DNA of 64,000 nucleotides from a virus (taxonomy: Duplodnaviria > Caudoviricetes): IMG/VR virus record IMGVR_UViG_3300047159_000046; one strand, 5' to 3'. The notes under the pieces are model-generated. The model ran no database searches. It was not told where the DNA came from and saw only the letters and a program-made list of their open reading frames with translations. The first letter of the stretch is position 1, and each line of letters opens with the position of its first letter. Shown one piece after another: positions 50,467 through 60,434 of this stretch. The translations under genes were made by a program, and so were the position numbers.

Positions 50467-52068
50467 ATGGACATAGCAAGCAAATACTGCAAGTTTTTTA
50501 TGAGTGACAATATGACTCGTCTGAAATATGACGAGTTGTATCGACTTGCCGTGTCCATAAACGAAGAGAAAAACAGAATCAGCGAACTTGTATGCAAGGA
50601 TCTGTTTAAGTATCTAAATACTAAGCCATTTGACTTTGTGACCGAGATGCATTCCCGTTTCAAGGGTGTTATAAGCAGCAGCTTTGACACGCAGATGTAT
50701 CGGCAGGTGATTGATATGTACGAGAACAAGTTTAAGGCCCTGCAAAAAAAATTGACATTTGAACATGTTGAGTACAAGGGAATCGAGGTATATAAGAGAA
50801 ACTGCAAGGGCCATAAGAAAGGAGAATTCAAGAAGTCTGTAATCGTTCACCGAACAACTCCCTTGAGCTCTTGCATGACATATCTCGCAAGATACGGAAA
50901 AGATACCACACTCGAATACATCAACAGCCAGCTTGAAAGAACCGACTTGAAACAATCACAAATTGATTTCTATAGGAACATTATAGAAAAATGTGACAAG
51001 TTCGGATTTGACAGGCTGTTAAGACTCGCATTGTCAAAAAGGGAAAGGATGATGAAACGATATGCGGAACATCCGATAGTCTTCAGGTCTTTGAGTTTTG
51101 GTGGCCGTTCAAGAAAGAAATACATAGTTGGATATAACAAGAATTATAAATCGGTAATCAATGCCTTTATTTCGTTGAGCATGCCGAACAGAAAGACCTT
51201 TGACATACCTGTCAAGTTCAGCAAGGATTACCACGGTAAGGTGAGTGACTACAAGAAAAGTTCAAACGACTATGAGTATGTCCTGTGCTTTGACGAAAGA
51301 CACAAGCAGGTCAGAATAAACATAGTCAAGGATGGGACGAGATACATACCAGAAGTGACTGAAAATGAAAACGTTGTAGGTATTGATGTCAACATAAAGC
51401 ACAATCTGTTCAGTTTGTCAAATGGCAAAACCTATGACTATGACAGGGAACTTGTTGCTGATTATTGTGAACTCAAACGCCATACGGACACTCTTCCAGC
51501 TGTAGGAAAGAGATATCAACGGAAACTTGACACATTGCGAAACAAAATCCGCAAGTCCAATCAGCAGCTTATTTCCAATGTATGCAGAGATTTGCAGAAT
51601 CAGGGAGTAAGACATATAGCGATGGAGGACTTGGATAATGGCTTCGGCAGGTCATTTGTCAAAGAGAAGAATCTGAATGATATCAACTTCAATGATATTG
51701 TCCATTTCCTTGGTATCAGTTCGTTAAAGCAGGAGTTCGAGCATATTGCAAGGAATTACGACATTGCGGTGTCCACGGTTCATGCTTGCTATACGAGCAA
51801 GATGTGTCCGATTTGCGGATGCATAGAGGATGAGAACCGTCCGAACCAGGAGACTTTTGAATGTGTTGAGTGCGGTCATAAGCACAATGCCGATATCAAC
51901 GCATCAATAAATATAAGGAACAGAGTATCCGTAGCCGTGCTACGGAACAAGCTCTTAAAACAACTTGATAACGGAGCATACAAGCCTATACCGATGTCTC
52001 GTGACAAGGTAAAGGATGCCCTGTTGTCTTATCGTTCAAGCGAACTTCAAGGTTTGCCGAAAATCTAA
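50467..52068 (+). CDS. tnpB: RNA-guided endonuclease TnpB (IS607 type, 533 aa)
   Basis: Intact D-E-D RuvC triad and zinc finger; nearly identical to 15560-17161. Confidence 0.92.
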   Translation: MDIASKYCKFFMSDNMTRLKYDELYRLAVSINEEKNRISELVCKDLFKYLNTKPFDFVTEMHSRFKGVISSSFDTQMYRQVIDMYENKFKALQKKLTFEHVEYKGIEVYKRNCKGHKKGEFKKSVIVHRTTPLSSCMTYLARYGKDTTLEYINSQLERTDLKQSQIDFYRNIIEKCDKFGFDRLLRLALSKRERMMKRYAEHPIVFRSLSFGGRSRKKYIVGYNKNYKSVINAFISLSMPNRKTFDIPVKFSKDYHGKVSDYKKSSNDYEYVLCFDERHKQVRINIVKDGTRYIPEVTENENVVGIDVNIKHNLFSLSNGKTYDYDRELVADYCELKRHTDTLPAVGKRYQRKLDTLRNKIRKSNQQLISNVCRDLQNQGVRHIAMEDLDNGFGRSFVKEKNLNDINFNDIVHFLGISSLKQEFEHIARNYDIAVSTVHACYTSKMCPICGCIEDENRPNQETFECVECGHKHNADINASINIRNRVSVAVLRNKLLKQLDNGAYKPIPMSRDKVKDALLSYRSSELQGLPKI

Positions 52069-52277
52069 TTTTTATTAGATTTTTTTGAACGTTCATATCT
52101 CGATTTGTCTTTTTATAGAACATTCACAGAAGCATTATTATCTGCACAAAAATAATCTTAAGATATTAACATTCTGAATATCAATGGCCAAACTTTTATT
52201 TTTTAAAAGTTTGGCCATTTTTGTTTGGAAATATGAAATCAAAGCATTATATTTGCAGAACTATAAAATAAATAATT

Positions 52278-52613
52278 ATGAGTCAAGGAATTGAATTTAA
52301 ATACGACCATTGCATTTATGGAGTAACCATATCCAATAAAGAGGATCTGGCTCAGGCAATAGATGTAGAAAAAGAATTGCAGAAAGATCTCAAATCAAAA
52401 ATAAAAATGTATGTATCTGCAGGAGTATCAAACATAAGAAATGATAATGGCGAGTTTGTTACAATAGATGAACTTTCGTATTCATTGAATGATATGTTTG
52501 AAGATCTTGAAAATTCTGTTATCAAGGAGTATCAGTTGGAACTGGCACAAGACTTGATAAGTGACGGCAAAACAATAGGTCCAGATGATTCAAATGATAT
52601 AATTAAATTCTAA
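52278..52613 (+). CDS. Hypothetical early protein
   Basis: Follows a TATATTTG promoter near 52248. Confidence 0.65.
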   Translation: MSQGIEFKYDHCIYGVTISNKEDLAQAIDVEKELQKDLKSKIKMYVSAGVSNIRNDNGEFVTIDELSYSLNDMFEDLENSVIKEYQLELAQDLISDGKTIGPDDSNDIIKF

Positions 52614-52619
52614 TATAAA

Positions 52620-52982
52620 ATGGAAAATAAGAATTATTTCAATTATCCTCTTATAAAGAATTATATCAAAGACAAAATTGTGGAAATAAGATATCTATCA
52701 GGTGGTTATATAAATGATAATTCTCCACAAGAACTTGCTGATAGTTTTGAGTTTGGAGACAGAAAAGACACCTGTTATTATAGAAACGTTATATTTAAAT
52801 ACAATTGTGATATTTATGATATAATAGAACAGAATAAAGACAATGACATATATAAAGATGTGATTGTATTCTGTAATACCAAAACGCTACACGAAACGAT
52901 TATGGAATATCCAGATGTGTTTTTGGAAAAATTCATAAAAGCGTATGTTATAAGTAATTACGAAGAATTAATAAAATATTAA
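52620..52982 (+). CDS. Hypothetical protein
   Basis: 120-aa ORF in the same operon. Confidence 0.6.
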   Translation: MENKNYFNYPLIKNYIKDKIVEIRYLSGGYINDNSPQELADSFEFGDRKDTCYYRNVIFKYNCDIYDIIEQNKDNDIYKDVIVFCNTKTLHETIMEYPDVFLEKFIKAYVISNYEELIKY

Positions 52983-53047
52983 AAACAATAACAAAGCGCA
53001 CATAACGAAATAAATCATTATATGCGCTTCTTTTATAGTCTTATTAA

Positions 53048-53797
53048 TCACAGACTTACCTTTATAGGTATTTGTTCATTCCAAAAATTCATCATACAGG
53101 AAAGCTCTTTTTCTGTTTCGGTTATATTGGAAGAGACTGGAACAAAATCTTTGTGTCGGTTTTTGTTTCTTATTCCCAGACAGGTAATAAGCGCATCATT
53201 GGCGTCATAATTTTCCTTTTTCATTTTTCCGTTAGGAGTAATAAGCCACGGAATGTTTGGATAAACCTCATTCACCTTATTCATCATCACTTCCTTTTTA
53301 TCTATATCAAAAGGATATTCAGCAAACAGAACAAAATGATTGTCTTTCATATCTTTAAGAATCTTTTTTCTGTCATAAGCCTCTCCTTTTTTATTGAATT
53401 TTCTTATTCCAGTCAATGATGGAAAAGCAAATTTTCTGGCATCGTAGCTTGAAATGAATTCAGGGACAATATGAAACAAATCATAGGCTCCCTCCGCAAT
53501 AAGACCATTAAATCGCAACAATGTAGCTACTGTATTCTGGTTATTGGAAGACAATAACGGCTCTTCTATTACTATTTCCGTTATGTTCATATCCACATAT
53601 TTTTGAACATAATCCATGAATTTATGCTTTTTTACAAACAGAGTCTCAATCCCGTTTATATTCTTGAATTCAGAAGATTTATATAATATTTGTGACATTT
53701 TAAGAATCTTCCCATCTTTGGAACCGTCATCATTAAAAACACAAACACCTATACAGCTGGTTGAAACATCCAACCCTAAAATGATATTATTATTCAT
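53048..53797 (-). CDS. RuvC-like Holliday junction resolvase
   Basis: ILGLDVSTSCIG, IVIEEP, DANDA. Confidence 0.85.
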   Translation of the reverse strand: MNNNIILGLDVSTSCIGVCVFNDDGSKDGKILKMSQILYKSSEFKNINGIETLFVKKHKFMDYVQKYVDMNITEIVIEEPLLSSNNQNTVATLLRFNGLIAEGAYDLFHIVPEFISSYDARKFAFPSLTGIRKFNKKGEAYDRKKILKDMKDNHFVLFAEYPFDIDKKEVMMNKVNEVYPNIPWLITPNGKMKKENYDANDALITCLGIRNKNRHKDFVPVSSNITETEKELSCMMNFWNEQIPIKVSL

Positions 53798-56408
53798 TAG
53801 ATTTTATTTTTATATTGTTATTTTCTATATAAATGCTTAAATTACAAACAGATATGGAATTTTCTATAATATAATCAGCAATCAAGTCCTCAACCATGGT
53901 CTGTATGTTCCTGTTTATAGGTCTTGCGCCCATATCTATATTGGTATAGTTCTTGTCTTTTATTGATTTTGCAGATATAAATTTAACCACATCATCGTCA
54001 TAAGAAATATCTATTCCGTTATCTTTCAAAGTGTTTTTCAAATCATCGAGCTGGTTTTTAGTAATACGATATATGGCATTATCGTCAAGTGGATTGAATT
54101 GTACGATATGATCTATTCTGTTCAGAAATTCTGGAGCAAATGTTTTTTTCAATTCCTTATCGACAACCTCCTGTTTTGCATTATCATTCTTTGTAAATCC
54201 TACAGAAAGACCGTTTTCCGCTGCTCTCCTTGCTCCTACATTAGAAGTCATTATAATAAGCGTATTGGAGAAATCAACAAGTGTTCCTTTATTGTCCGAT
54301 ATTCTTCCATCGTCAAATATCTGTAAAAACATATTAAAAACCTCTTTTGATGCTTTCTCTATTTCGTCAAGCAGAACAATACAATATTTGCTCTTCTTTA
54401 CAGCTTCCGTAAGAACTCCACCCTCGTTATATCCGACATATCCTGCAGATGCTCCAATCAGCTTGTTCACGCTTTCTGGCGTACTGTATTCACTCATATC
54501 GAGTCTAATCATATTGGACTCATCTCCGAACATATAATAAGACAATCTTTTGGCAATAAATGTTTTCCCGACACCTGTCTGTCCCAAAAACAGAAATACA
54601 CCGATAGGCTTTTTGTTGCTTTTTATTCCAACGCTTCTCCTTTTAAGAACCTTTCCTATCATATCAATAGCCATATCCTGTCCCACTATATCCTTTTTCA
54701 TATTGGAAATAACACTCTTTACTTTTTCGGAATCATTGTTCTCTATCTTGTCAAAAGGAATATCTGCAAGTTCTGATACGGATTCTTTAATAGCCTCTTC
54801 TGTCACATCTTTTATCTCTATTGTTTCGCCATATTCCTTTACACGTTTCTCATACGCTTTTGAATATTTGTCAAGTTTTTTCTCCATTGTTTTGTTCCAT
54901 CTCTTTTTGTCTGGCATGGAATCTATCATTTTTTCCTTGACCATTTCAAATAGAATCTGGCTTTGTCTAAGGTCAAAAATCTTTTTGTCGTAATCTACAA
55001 TATCCTCAGGTATATCATTTCCGACTTCGGTGTATGCTCCTGCGATATCCAGAATATTCAATATATTTTTTGGAGAAGAAATATTCTTGATATATTTCTT
55101 GGCAAGCATGGTTGACAATTTGATAATATTTTCGCTATAATGTGAATGATGTATTTCCGAAAGTCTTTTTACATTTGCGTCTATTATTGAATCTATATTG
55201 TCCTGTTCCATTTCATCCACGTCAACCTTTACTACCATGGAATTGATATATTTGTCACATTCAATATATTCCATATAATCATCAGGAGTAATTGTCATTA
55301 TGATATATGGGATATCATCTTCTGTCTTTCTGGTCCATGATTTAAATATATCATACATCATCTGAATCAGGGAAGTATCATCACCAGAAACCAAATCAGA
55401 GAAATTATCAATAAAAAGAAGTCCATTCAGTCTGCTAATTTCGCTTTTCGTTTGTTTGAATACATCAAAAAAAACGGGAGGATTCGTGGCTATCATTTCC
55501 CTTATTAACGGAATATCCAGATCAATCACATTCTTATGGTGAATAGATATGTTGCATTTGGAAATATCATCATGCAAACGTTTTGCCAAAAGGTATTTAA
55601 GACTGGACATTCCGACACCATGTTCCCCGACAAGAGCTATTATATGCTGTGTCTGTTGGATAAGCAGATAACATATCTTATCCATTATGTCATCCCTTCC
55701 AATGAGATTCATATCTTCGGTATAGAATATTGCTTTGGCTGTTTCTATTTTCTGTTTTGAGCCATCATCCTTTTCTGTTTTTGCTGGAGTATCAACGGAT
55801 TGTTCTTTTTTTGACTCCTGTATGTTTTCAAGTATCTTGGCTTCTGTTTTGGTTAGATCACCATCGCTGCTGATATCAAAGAACGATTCCAATGATATTC
55901 CCATGTCCTCTGCAAGAGAAAAAAATGTATCTGTTCCAAGAAACAGGCTTTGAATCATATCATATACATATATCTCATGGTGCATATTTTCATTTGCGAC
56001 TTCTTCCACGATTGAGAAATAAGATGCCAACCCAAGAAAACAGTTGTTCGTATATATAATATTTTCTCTCCAGTTTTCATCTTCGGAAAATTTGAAATAG
56101 TCCAGATTGGATTCCTCTGCTGATTTTTTCAAATCATCAAAAGTGTCAAGACCATAAAGCAAGTCCTTTTCGGAAAAGGAGGAATTAAGATCCATATTGA
56201 TATTGTTAATGACAATACGGTTCCATTCGTTTTTCTTTTCTTTTAAAGAATATCCCGTTATAGGCTTGAATATACTCTCTTCGTCTTCATACGAAGTGTT
56301 TAGGATACCAAGAAGTATCAATTTTTTTGATATTGTAAACTGTTTGGTTCTTAATCTTAATATATTGGATATGTTTATGGCTCTTTCCGCCTCGTATGAT
56401 ATATTCAT
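53790..56408 (-). CDS. ClpC/ClpB-like AAA+ ATPase with a degenerate first ATPase domain
   Basis: D2: GQTGVGKT, RLDMSEY, LLDEIEKA, FAPEFLNRID, GARP. D1: GEHGVGMS, LFIDN. Confidence 0.9.
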   Translation of the reverse strand: MNISYEAERAINISNILRLRTKQFTISKKLILLGILNTSYEDEESIFKPITGYSLKEKKNEWNRIVINNINMDLNSSFSEKDLLYGLDTFDDLKKSAEESNLDYFKFSEDENWRENIIYTNNCFLGLASYFSIVEEVANENMHHEIYVYDMIQSLFLGTDTFFSLAEDMGISLESFFDISSDGDLTKTEAKILENIQESKKEQSVDTPAKTEKDDGSKQKIETAKAIFYTEDMNLIGRDDIMDKICYLLIQQTQHIIALVGEHGVGMSSLKYLLAKRLHDDISKCNISIHHKNVIDLDIPLIREMIATNPPVFFDVFKQTKSEISRLNGLLFIDNFSDLVSGDDTSLIQMMYDIFKSWTRKTEDDIPYIIMTITPDDYMEYIECDKYINSMVVKVDVDEMEQDNIDSIIDANVKRLSEIHHSHYSENIIKLSTMLAKKYIKNISSPKNILNILDIAGAYTEVGNDIPEDIVDYDKKIFDLRQSQILFEMVKEKMIDSMPDKKRWNKTMEKKLDKYSKAYEKRVKEYGETIEIKDVTEEAIKESVSELADIPFDKIENNDSEKVKSVISNMKKDIVGQDMAIDMIGKVLKRRSVGIKSNKKPIGVFLFLGQTGVGKTFIAKRLSYYMFGDESNMIRLDMSEYSTPESVNKLIGASAGYVGYNEGGVLTEAVKKSKYCIVLLDEIEKASKEVFNMFLQIFDDGRISDNKGTLVDFSNTLIIMTSNVGARRAAENGLSVGFTKNDNAKQEVVDKELKKTFAPEFLNRIDHIVQFNPLDDNAIYRITKNQLDDLKNTLKDNGIDISYDDDVVKFISAKSIKDKNYTNIDMGARPINRNIQTMVEDLIADYIIENSISVCNLSIYIENNNIKIKSNE

Positions 56409-56497
56409 TTTACAAAATATTTTATAAATAAAAATTAATGTTTTTTTGTATTTGTCGTTTTGTTTGCCTATATTTGCGGTGATAAAACAAAAACAAT

Positions 56498-57082
56498 ATG
56501 AAAATATTTGAATGTATTGATAAAAAAACAGGAAAGGAACGTGTATGGTATCAAAGCGAAAACGTTTTTTATTCTGAAATAGAACAAAATGATAATGAAT
56601 ATAATGATTTGTGTATTGTTTTCAATAATGGGAAATGTTACAAATATCAGCATGTAAGTGCCTTTGATTATACACTTCTCAAACACAAGGACAGTACAGG
56701 AAAGACGTTCTATAAACTTATTTCATCAAAGAAAGAGGATGGAACTCCAAAATATCAATATAAGGAGATGGGTATTGTTTCGGTTGAAAATCTAAAATCG
56801 GAGATGGAAATATTGATGAATGAGGATATGAAAGAAAAGGACACCGATATTTCCGCTACCGACAAAGCAAAGAACGAAGAGCCAAAACAAAACAATCAGC
56901 ATCTTGTTACCATACACTCTCAAACAGATTCAAATTCACAATTTGTTGAATGTATAGTTGAAGTGGATAACGAGGAAATGATGAGATATTATTGCGGAGA
57001 GAATATGAATAAGTATTATGAATTATCCCAATGTATCGCATCGTTGGCATCCGCTCTTGGAGCAAAAATAAAATTTATTTAA
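56498..57082 (+). CDS. KTSC-domain protein
   Basis: SENVFY..L.IVFNNGKCYKYQHV..DSTGKTF. Confidence 0.75.
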   Translation: MKIFECIDKKTGKERVWYQSENVFYSEIEQNDNEYNDLCIVFNNGKCYKYQHVSAFDYTLLKHKDSTGKTFYKLISSKKEDGTPKYQYKEMGIVSVENLKSEMEILMNEDMKEKDTDISATDKAKNEEPKQNNQHLVTIHSQTDSNSQFVECIVEVDNEEMMRYYCGENMNKYYELSQCIASLASALGAKIKFI

Positions 57083-57170
57083 AAAAAGTTTGATTTTATT
57101 TGCATATATCAAAAATGTTATATATCTTTGCATCGTTATTAACGAAAATAATTAATTAAAGAGTTTCAAA

Positions 57171-57902
57171 ATGAGCATGAACACATTATGTAATTGTACC
57201 CTTATGGGTTTTGTTGGTATGGATCCAGAAATGGTTACCACCAATGGTGGACAGAACATTGTCAAGTTGAGAATCGCTGTTAATTACAGCAACGGTATGA
57301 TGAATCCTGACGGATCACGTGCAGAACAAACAAAGTGGGTTTCGGTAAGCTGCTTTCAGTCAAGCAATCCTCGTGTTTGTGATTTCGTTCAGAAATATGT
57401 AAAAAAGGGTTCTTCTGTCGTTGTTTACGGTTCTATGAATATTCCTACTATTTTCACCCGCAAAGACGGAACAAATGACGTTGATGTTGAAATTGTGGCA
57501 AACGATATCAATTTCCTTCCATCATCACACAAAAAGGATGATGCCAACGGAACTGTCGCTCCTCAGCAACAGGCTTATGCACAAAGATCTCCTCAACAGC
57601 CTATGCAGCAGCCTCAACCAAACTATCAGGCGCAACCTCAACAGGTACAGCAGAGACCTATGCAGCAGCCTATGCAACAGCCACAGCAGGCTCAGCCTCA
57701 GCAGCCTGTTCAAACACAGCAAAGACCAATGCAGGCACCACAACAGCCAGCTCAGCAGGTTAATCAGCAGCCACAGGCTCAACCTCAACAGCAGTTCCAT
57801 GCTGCTCCTAATTATCAGCAAAATGCTCAAACTCAATATCAGGCACCACAACAGAATGGCATGGCCACACCTCCATCTTCTTCAGATGATTTGCCTTTCT
57901 AA
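57171..57902 (+). CDS. ssb: Single-stranded DNA-binding protein (host type) with a Gln/Pro-rich linker
   Basis: OB fold LMGFVGMDPE..KKGSSVVVYG; C-terminal DDLPF. Confidence 0.92.
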   Translation: MSMNTLCNCTLMGFVGMDPEMVTTNGGQNIVKLRIAVNYSNGMMNPDGSRAEQTKWVSVSCFQSSNPRVCDFVQKYVKKGSSVVVYGSMNIPTIFTRKDGTNDVDVEIVANDINFLPSSHKKDDANGTVAPQQQAYAQRSPQQPMQQPQPNYQAQPQQVQQRPMQQPMQQPQQAQPQQPVQTQQRPMQAPQQPAQQVNQQPQAQPQQQFHAAPNYQQNAQTQYQAPQQNGMATPPSSSDDLPF

Positions 57903-57966
57903 TTGAATTTAATTTTATGTGATGCTATTTTTTAAGAGAGCGGATATTTTCCGTTCTCTTTTTTTT

Positions 57967-59097
57967 ATGATAAAACTATTAGGAAACAGAGAAGCATATT
58001 CTTCTAAAATACTTGAAAAAATAATAGGATTCGTTGGTATAGACAAGATTCCATATCCTGCCAAATGGACATTTATAGATATCATGGCAGGTACTGGTTC
58101 TGTCGCAAGAAAATTCAAAATGGCTGGGTTCAAAATAATAGCCAATGATACTTGTTATCAGAATTACATATACAATTCTGGTCTGTTCGAGATGGGAACA
58201 AAGTGCGGATTGAAAAACCTTGCTGAATATCTTAGTCCAGGAAACAAAAAAAACAAGGATTTCTATCACAGGGATGAATTGGTGACTGATTATCTGAATA
58301 AACTTACTCCTTTTAATGGGTTTATTACACAGAATTATACAAAGGGGAAAGCCAAATATTTCGATACCGATTATGCCCAGATGATAGATTCATGCAGAAT
58401 AATAATAGAAAAATGGTTTATAGAGAATCATATAAATGAATATGAAAAGAATTATTTAATAGCAGGACTTCTTGAAGTGGCTTCCAATAATGCACATATA
58501 AGAAGCAATTGGATGTGTGCCAATTATGGTATGGATTTTCATTATGATTTCAGATATCATTCACTATACACAACAGCAAAATTGCATGATACGCAGAAAA
58601 GAGGTGGCGATGTGACACGGCATTGTGTATCTAATTTTGATGCCACAAAAATATATGACACCAAATATGATAATACCATTCTGTTTATAGATCCTCCTTA
58701 TCAGTTATCAAGAAACTATTGTACTTATTATGATGTTCCTATCACGATAGCCAAATACGATAGTCCCGAATTAAAGGGAGATAGAAAAAGACGAGCAGAT
58801 AAAGGAGGATTTCCATCGTCTATTTTCAATCATAAGAAAACTTATGTTGACGGGCTGAAACAGATTCTGAATCACACACGGGCAAAATATGTGGTGGGAT
58901 GTTTTATGAGAAACGATGACAGTTACAGCTTTTCTGATTTAAATCCGTTAATGGAAGCCATGGCTGGATATGCAAAAAAACGATTTGCCAGATACGAAAT
59001 TCCTATCCAGAATGCGGTTACCGATAAGCCTTATGCTCCTTGGAGAAGAACAACAAGAAACAAATATCCATTAAATCTTTTTTGCATAGAAAGATAA
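57967..59097 (+). CDS. DNA adenine methyltransferase (D12/FokI-like), orphan
   Basis: Motif I FIDIMAGTGSV, IANDT, motif IV FIDPPY. Confidence 0.85.
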   Translation: MIKLLGNREAYSSKILEKIIGFVGIDKIPYPAKWTFIDIMAGTGSVARKFKMAGFKIIANDTCYQNYIYNSGLFEMGTKCGLKNLAEYLSPGNKKNKDFYHRDELVTDYLNKLTPFNGFITQNYTKGKAKYFDTDYAQMIDSCRIIIEKWFIENHINEYEKNYLIAGLLEVASNNAHIRSNWMCANYGMDFHYDFRYHSLYTTAKLHDTQKRGGDVTRHCVSNFDATKIYDTKYDNTILFIDPPYQLSRNYCTYYDVPITIAKYDSPELKGDRKRRADKGGFPSSIFNHKKTYVDGLKQILNHTRAKYVVGCFMRNDDSYSFSDLNPLMEAMAGYAKKRFARYEIPIQNAVTDKPYAPWRRTTRNKYPLNLFCIER

Positions 59098-59166
59098 AAT
59101 TATTTGGTTTATTAAAATATTATTTTTATATTTGCACCCAAGAACACATAAAATAAAATTCATATA

Positions 59167-60351
59167 ATGAAAGTAAATTTTGAAAATGCCAAGGATGTGG
59201 CAAATTGCATCAAGATTGTAAAGTCTGTAATTAAGAGCAAAAACACTCTTCCTATTCTTGATGACATCCTTGTTATCGCTTCTGCCGATGGTAATGTGAC
59301 TTTTGTAGGTTCCGACCTTGAATCCACATTGTCTCTTGCCATGAAAGCGGATGTTGAGGAGGCTGGTTCCGCTGCCATTAGCGCACATCAGCTTGATCTT
59401 ACGGTAACAAACATGAGACCAGAAGAATCATTTTCTCTTTCTGTAAATGAGGATAAAATGGTATCTATCAAAACCAAATTCAAAAAAGGAAAGTTCTCTT
59501 TTGTTTCTGAATCTACAGATCAATTCCCAGATATTGACCAGCTTGAAAACGAACAGACAAAGATGAAAATATCTTTTCCTACCGCAGTACTAAGCAACGC
59601 TATTGCAGCTTCTCTTCCAATGCGTGCAAATAACGAGACAAGACCTGTTATGCAGGGTACTTATCTTTCTTTTCAGCAGAATGGAACATTTGTTGTAGCA
59701 ACGGATGCCCACATCATGTTCAAGAGACAGATTTCCGAAGCAAGCTACCTTCCAAATGATATTACAGAGACCGAAATTGGAGCCATTATTCCTCCCAAGT
59801 CTGGAAATATCATTCCTAATGTTCTAAAGGCAGGTCTTGCAGCAGCGGATGTGGATATCACTATTACCAAAAACTTTATTTCATTCAAGAGCGGGAAGGT
59901 CATGCTTTCATGCAGAATGACAGAGGGTAAATATCCAAATTTTGAATCTGTAATACCAAAGAACAACAGTATCAGTCTTGTCGTAGAAAAAGAATCCGTA
60001 TTGGAAGCTATCAAGAGCGCAGTCGCATTCTCAAACAAAGCGAATAACCTGATTGAGATTAATGTCATATCAAACTCCATGTTCAAGATGTCATCACAGG
60101 ATCTTGATTTTAATACGTCTGCAGAACAGGAAGTGGATTGCAATATCAATAAGCAATTGGACCAATTCAGAATCGGATTTGACGGAAACATGCTTCTTAC
60201 CGCAATAAAGTCTTTTGATTCACAGTTTGTGTCGATAGATATGGAAACCCCATCATCGGCAGTAGTCGTGTTCGGTGTGAATAAACGACAGGATTCCATG
60301 GATAAAGATGAAAAGACAATAGTTTTGCAAATGCCTGTACTTGTAGAATAA
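59167..60351 (+). CDS. dnaN: DNA polymerase III beta sliding clamp
   Basis: NTLPIL, GSDLE, RPVMQG, VATDAH, GKYPNFESVIP, IGFD, QMPV. Confidence 0.93.
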   Translation: MKVNFENAKDVANCIKIVKSVIKSKNTLPILDDILVIASADGNVTFVGSDLESTLSLAMKADVEEAGSAAISAHQLDLTVTNMRPEESFSLSVNEDKMVSIKTKFKKGKFSFVSESTDQFPDIDQLENEQTKMKISFPTAVLSNAIAASLPMRANNETRPVMQGTYLSFQQNGTFVVATDAHIMFKRQISEASYLPNDITETEIGAIIPPKSGNIIPNVLKAGLAAADVDITITKNFISFKSGKVMLSCRMTEGKYPNFESVIPKNNSISLVVEKESVLEAIKSAVAFSNKANNLIEINVISNSMFKMSSQDLDFNTSAEQEVDCNINKQLDQFRIGFDGNMLLTAIKSFDSQFVSIDMETPSSAVVVFGVNKRQDSMDKDEKTIVLQMPVLVE

Positions 60352-60374
60352 GAATCTGATTAGCACATATTTAT

Positions 60375-60411
60375 AAAAAAGCCATCATATACAAAATATG
60401 ATGGCTTTTTT
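60375..60411. terminator. Bidirectional intrinsic terminator
   Basis: AAAAAAGCCATCATAT..ATATGATGGCTTTTTT. Confidence 0.85.
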
Positions 60412-60434
60412 GTTGGTTTGTTTGATTGTTTATA

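Larger units (their letters stand above)
50264..52092 (+). mobile_element. IS607-family element, copy 2 (left end and 5' tnpA deleted)
   Basis: tnpA remnant plus tnpB plus right end TTTTGAAC|GT identical to copy 1. Confidence 0.8.
50091..52155 (+). pseudogene. Small gene interrupted by IS607-TnpB copy 2
   Basis: 5' half ..KRKIDSL (to 50265) joins through the GT core in frame with the 3' half SYLDLSFYRTFTEALLSAQK* (52093-52155). Confidence 0.55.

Noticed and set aside
50264-52092. IStron (group I intron-IS607 hybrid) restoring the interrupted gene by splicing
   Set aside because: No group I intron core lies between the left junction and the tnpA remnant.
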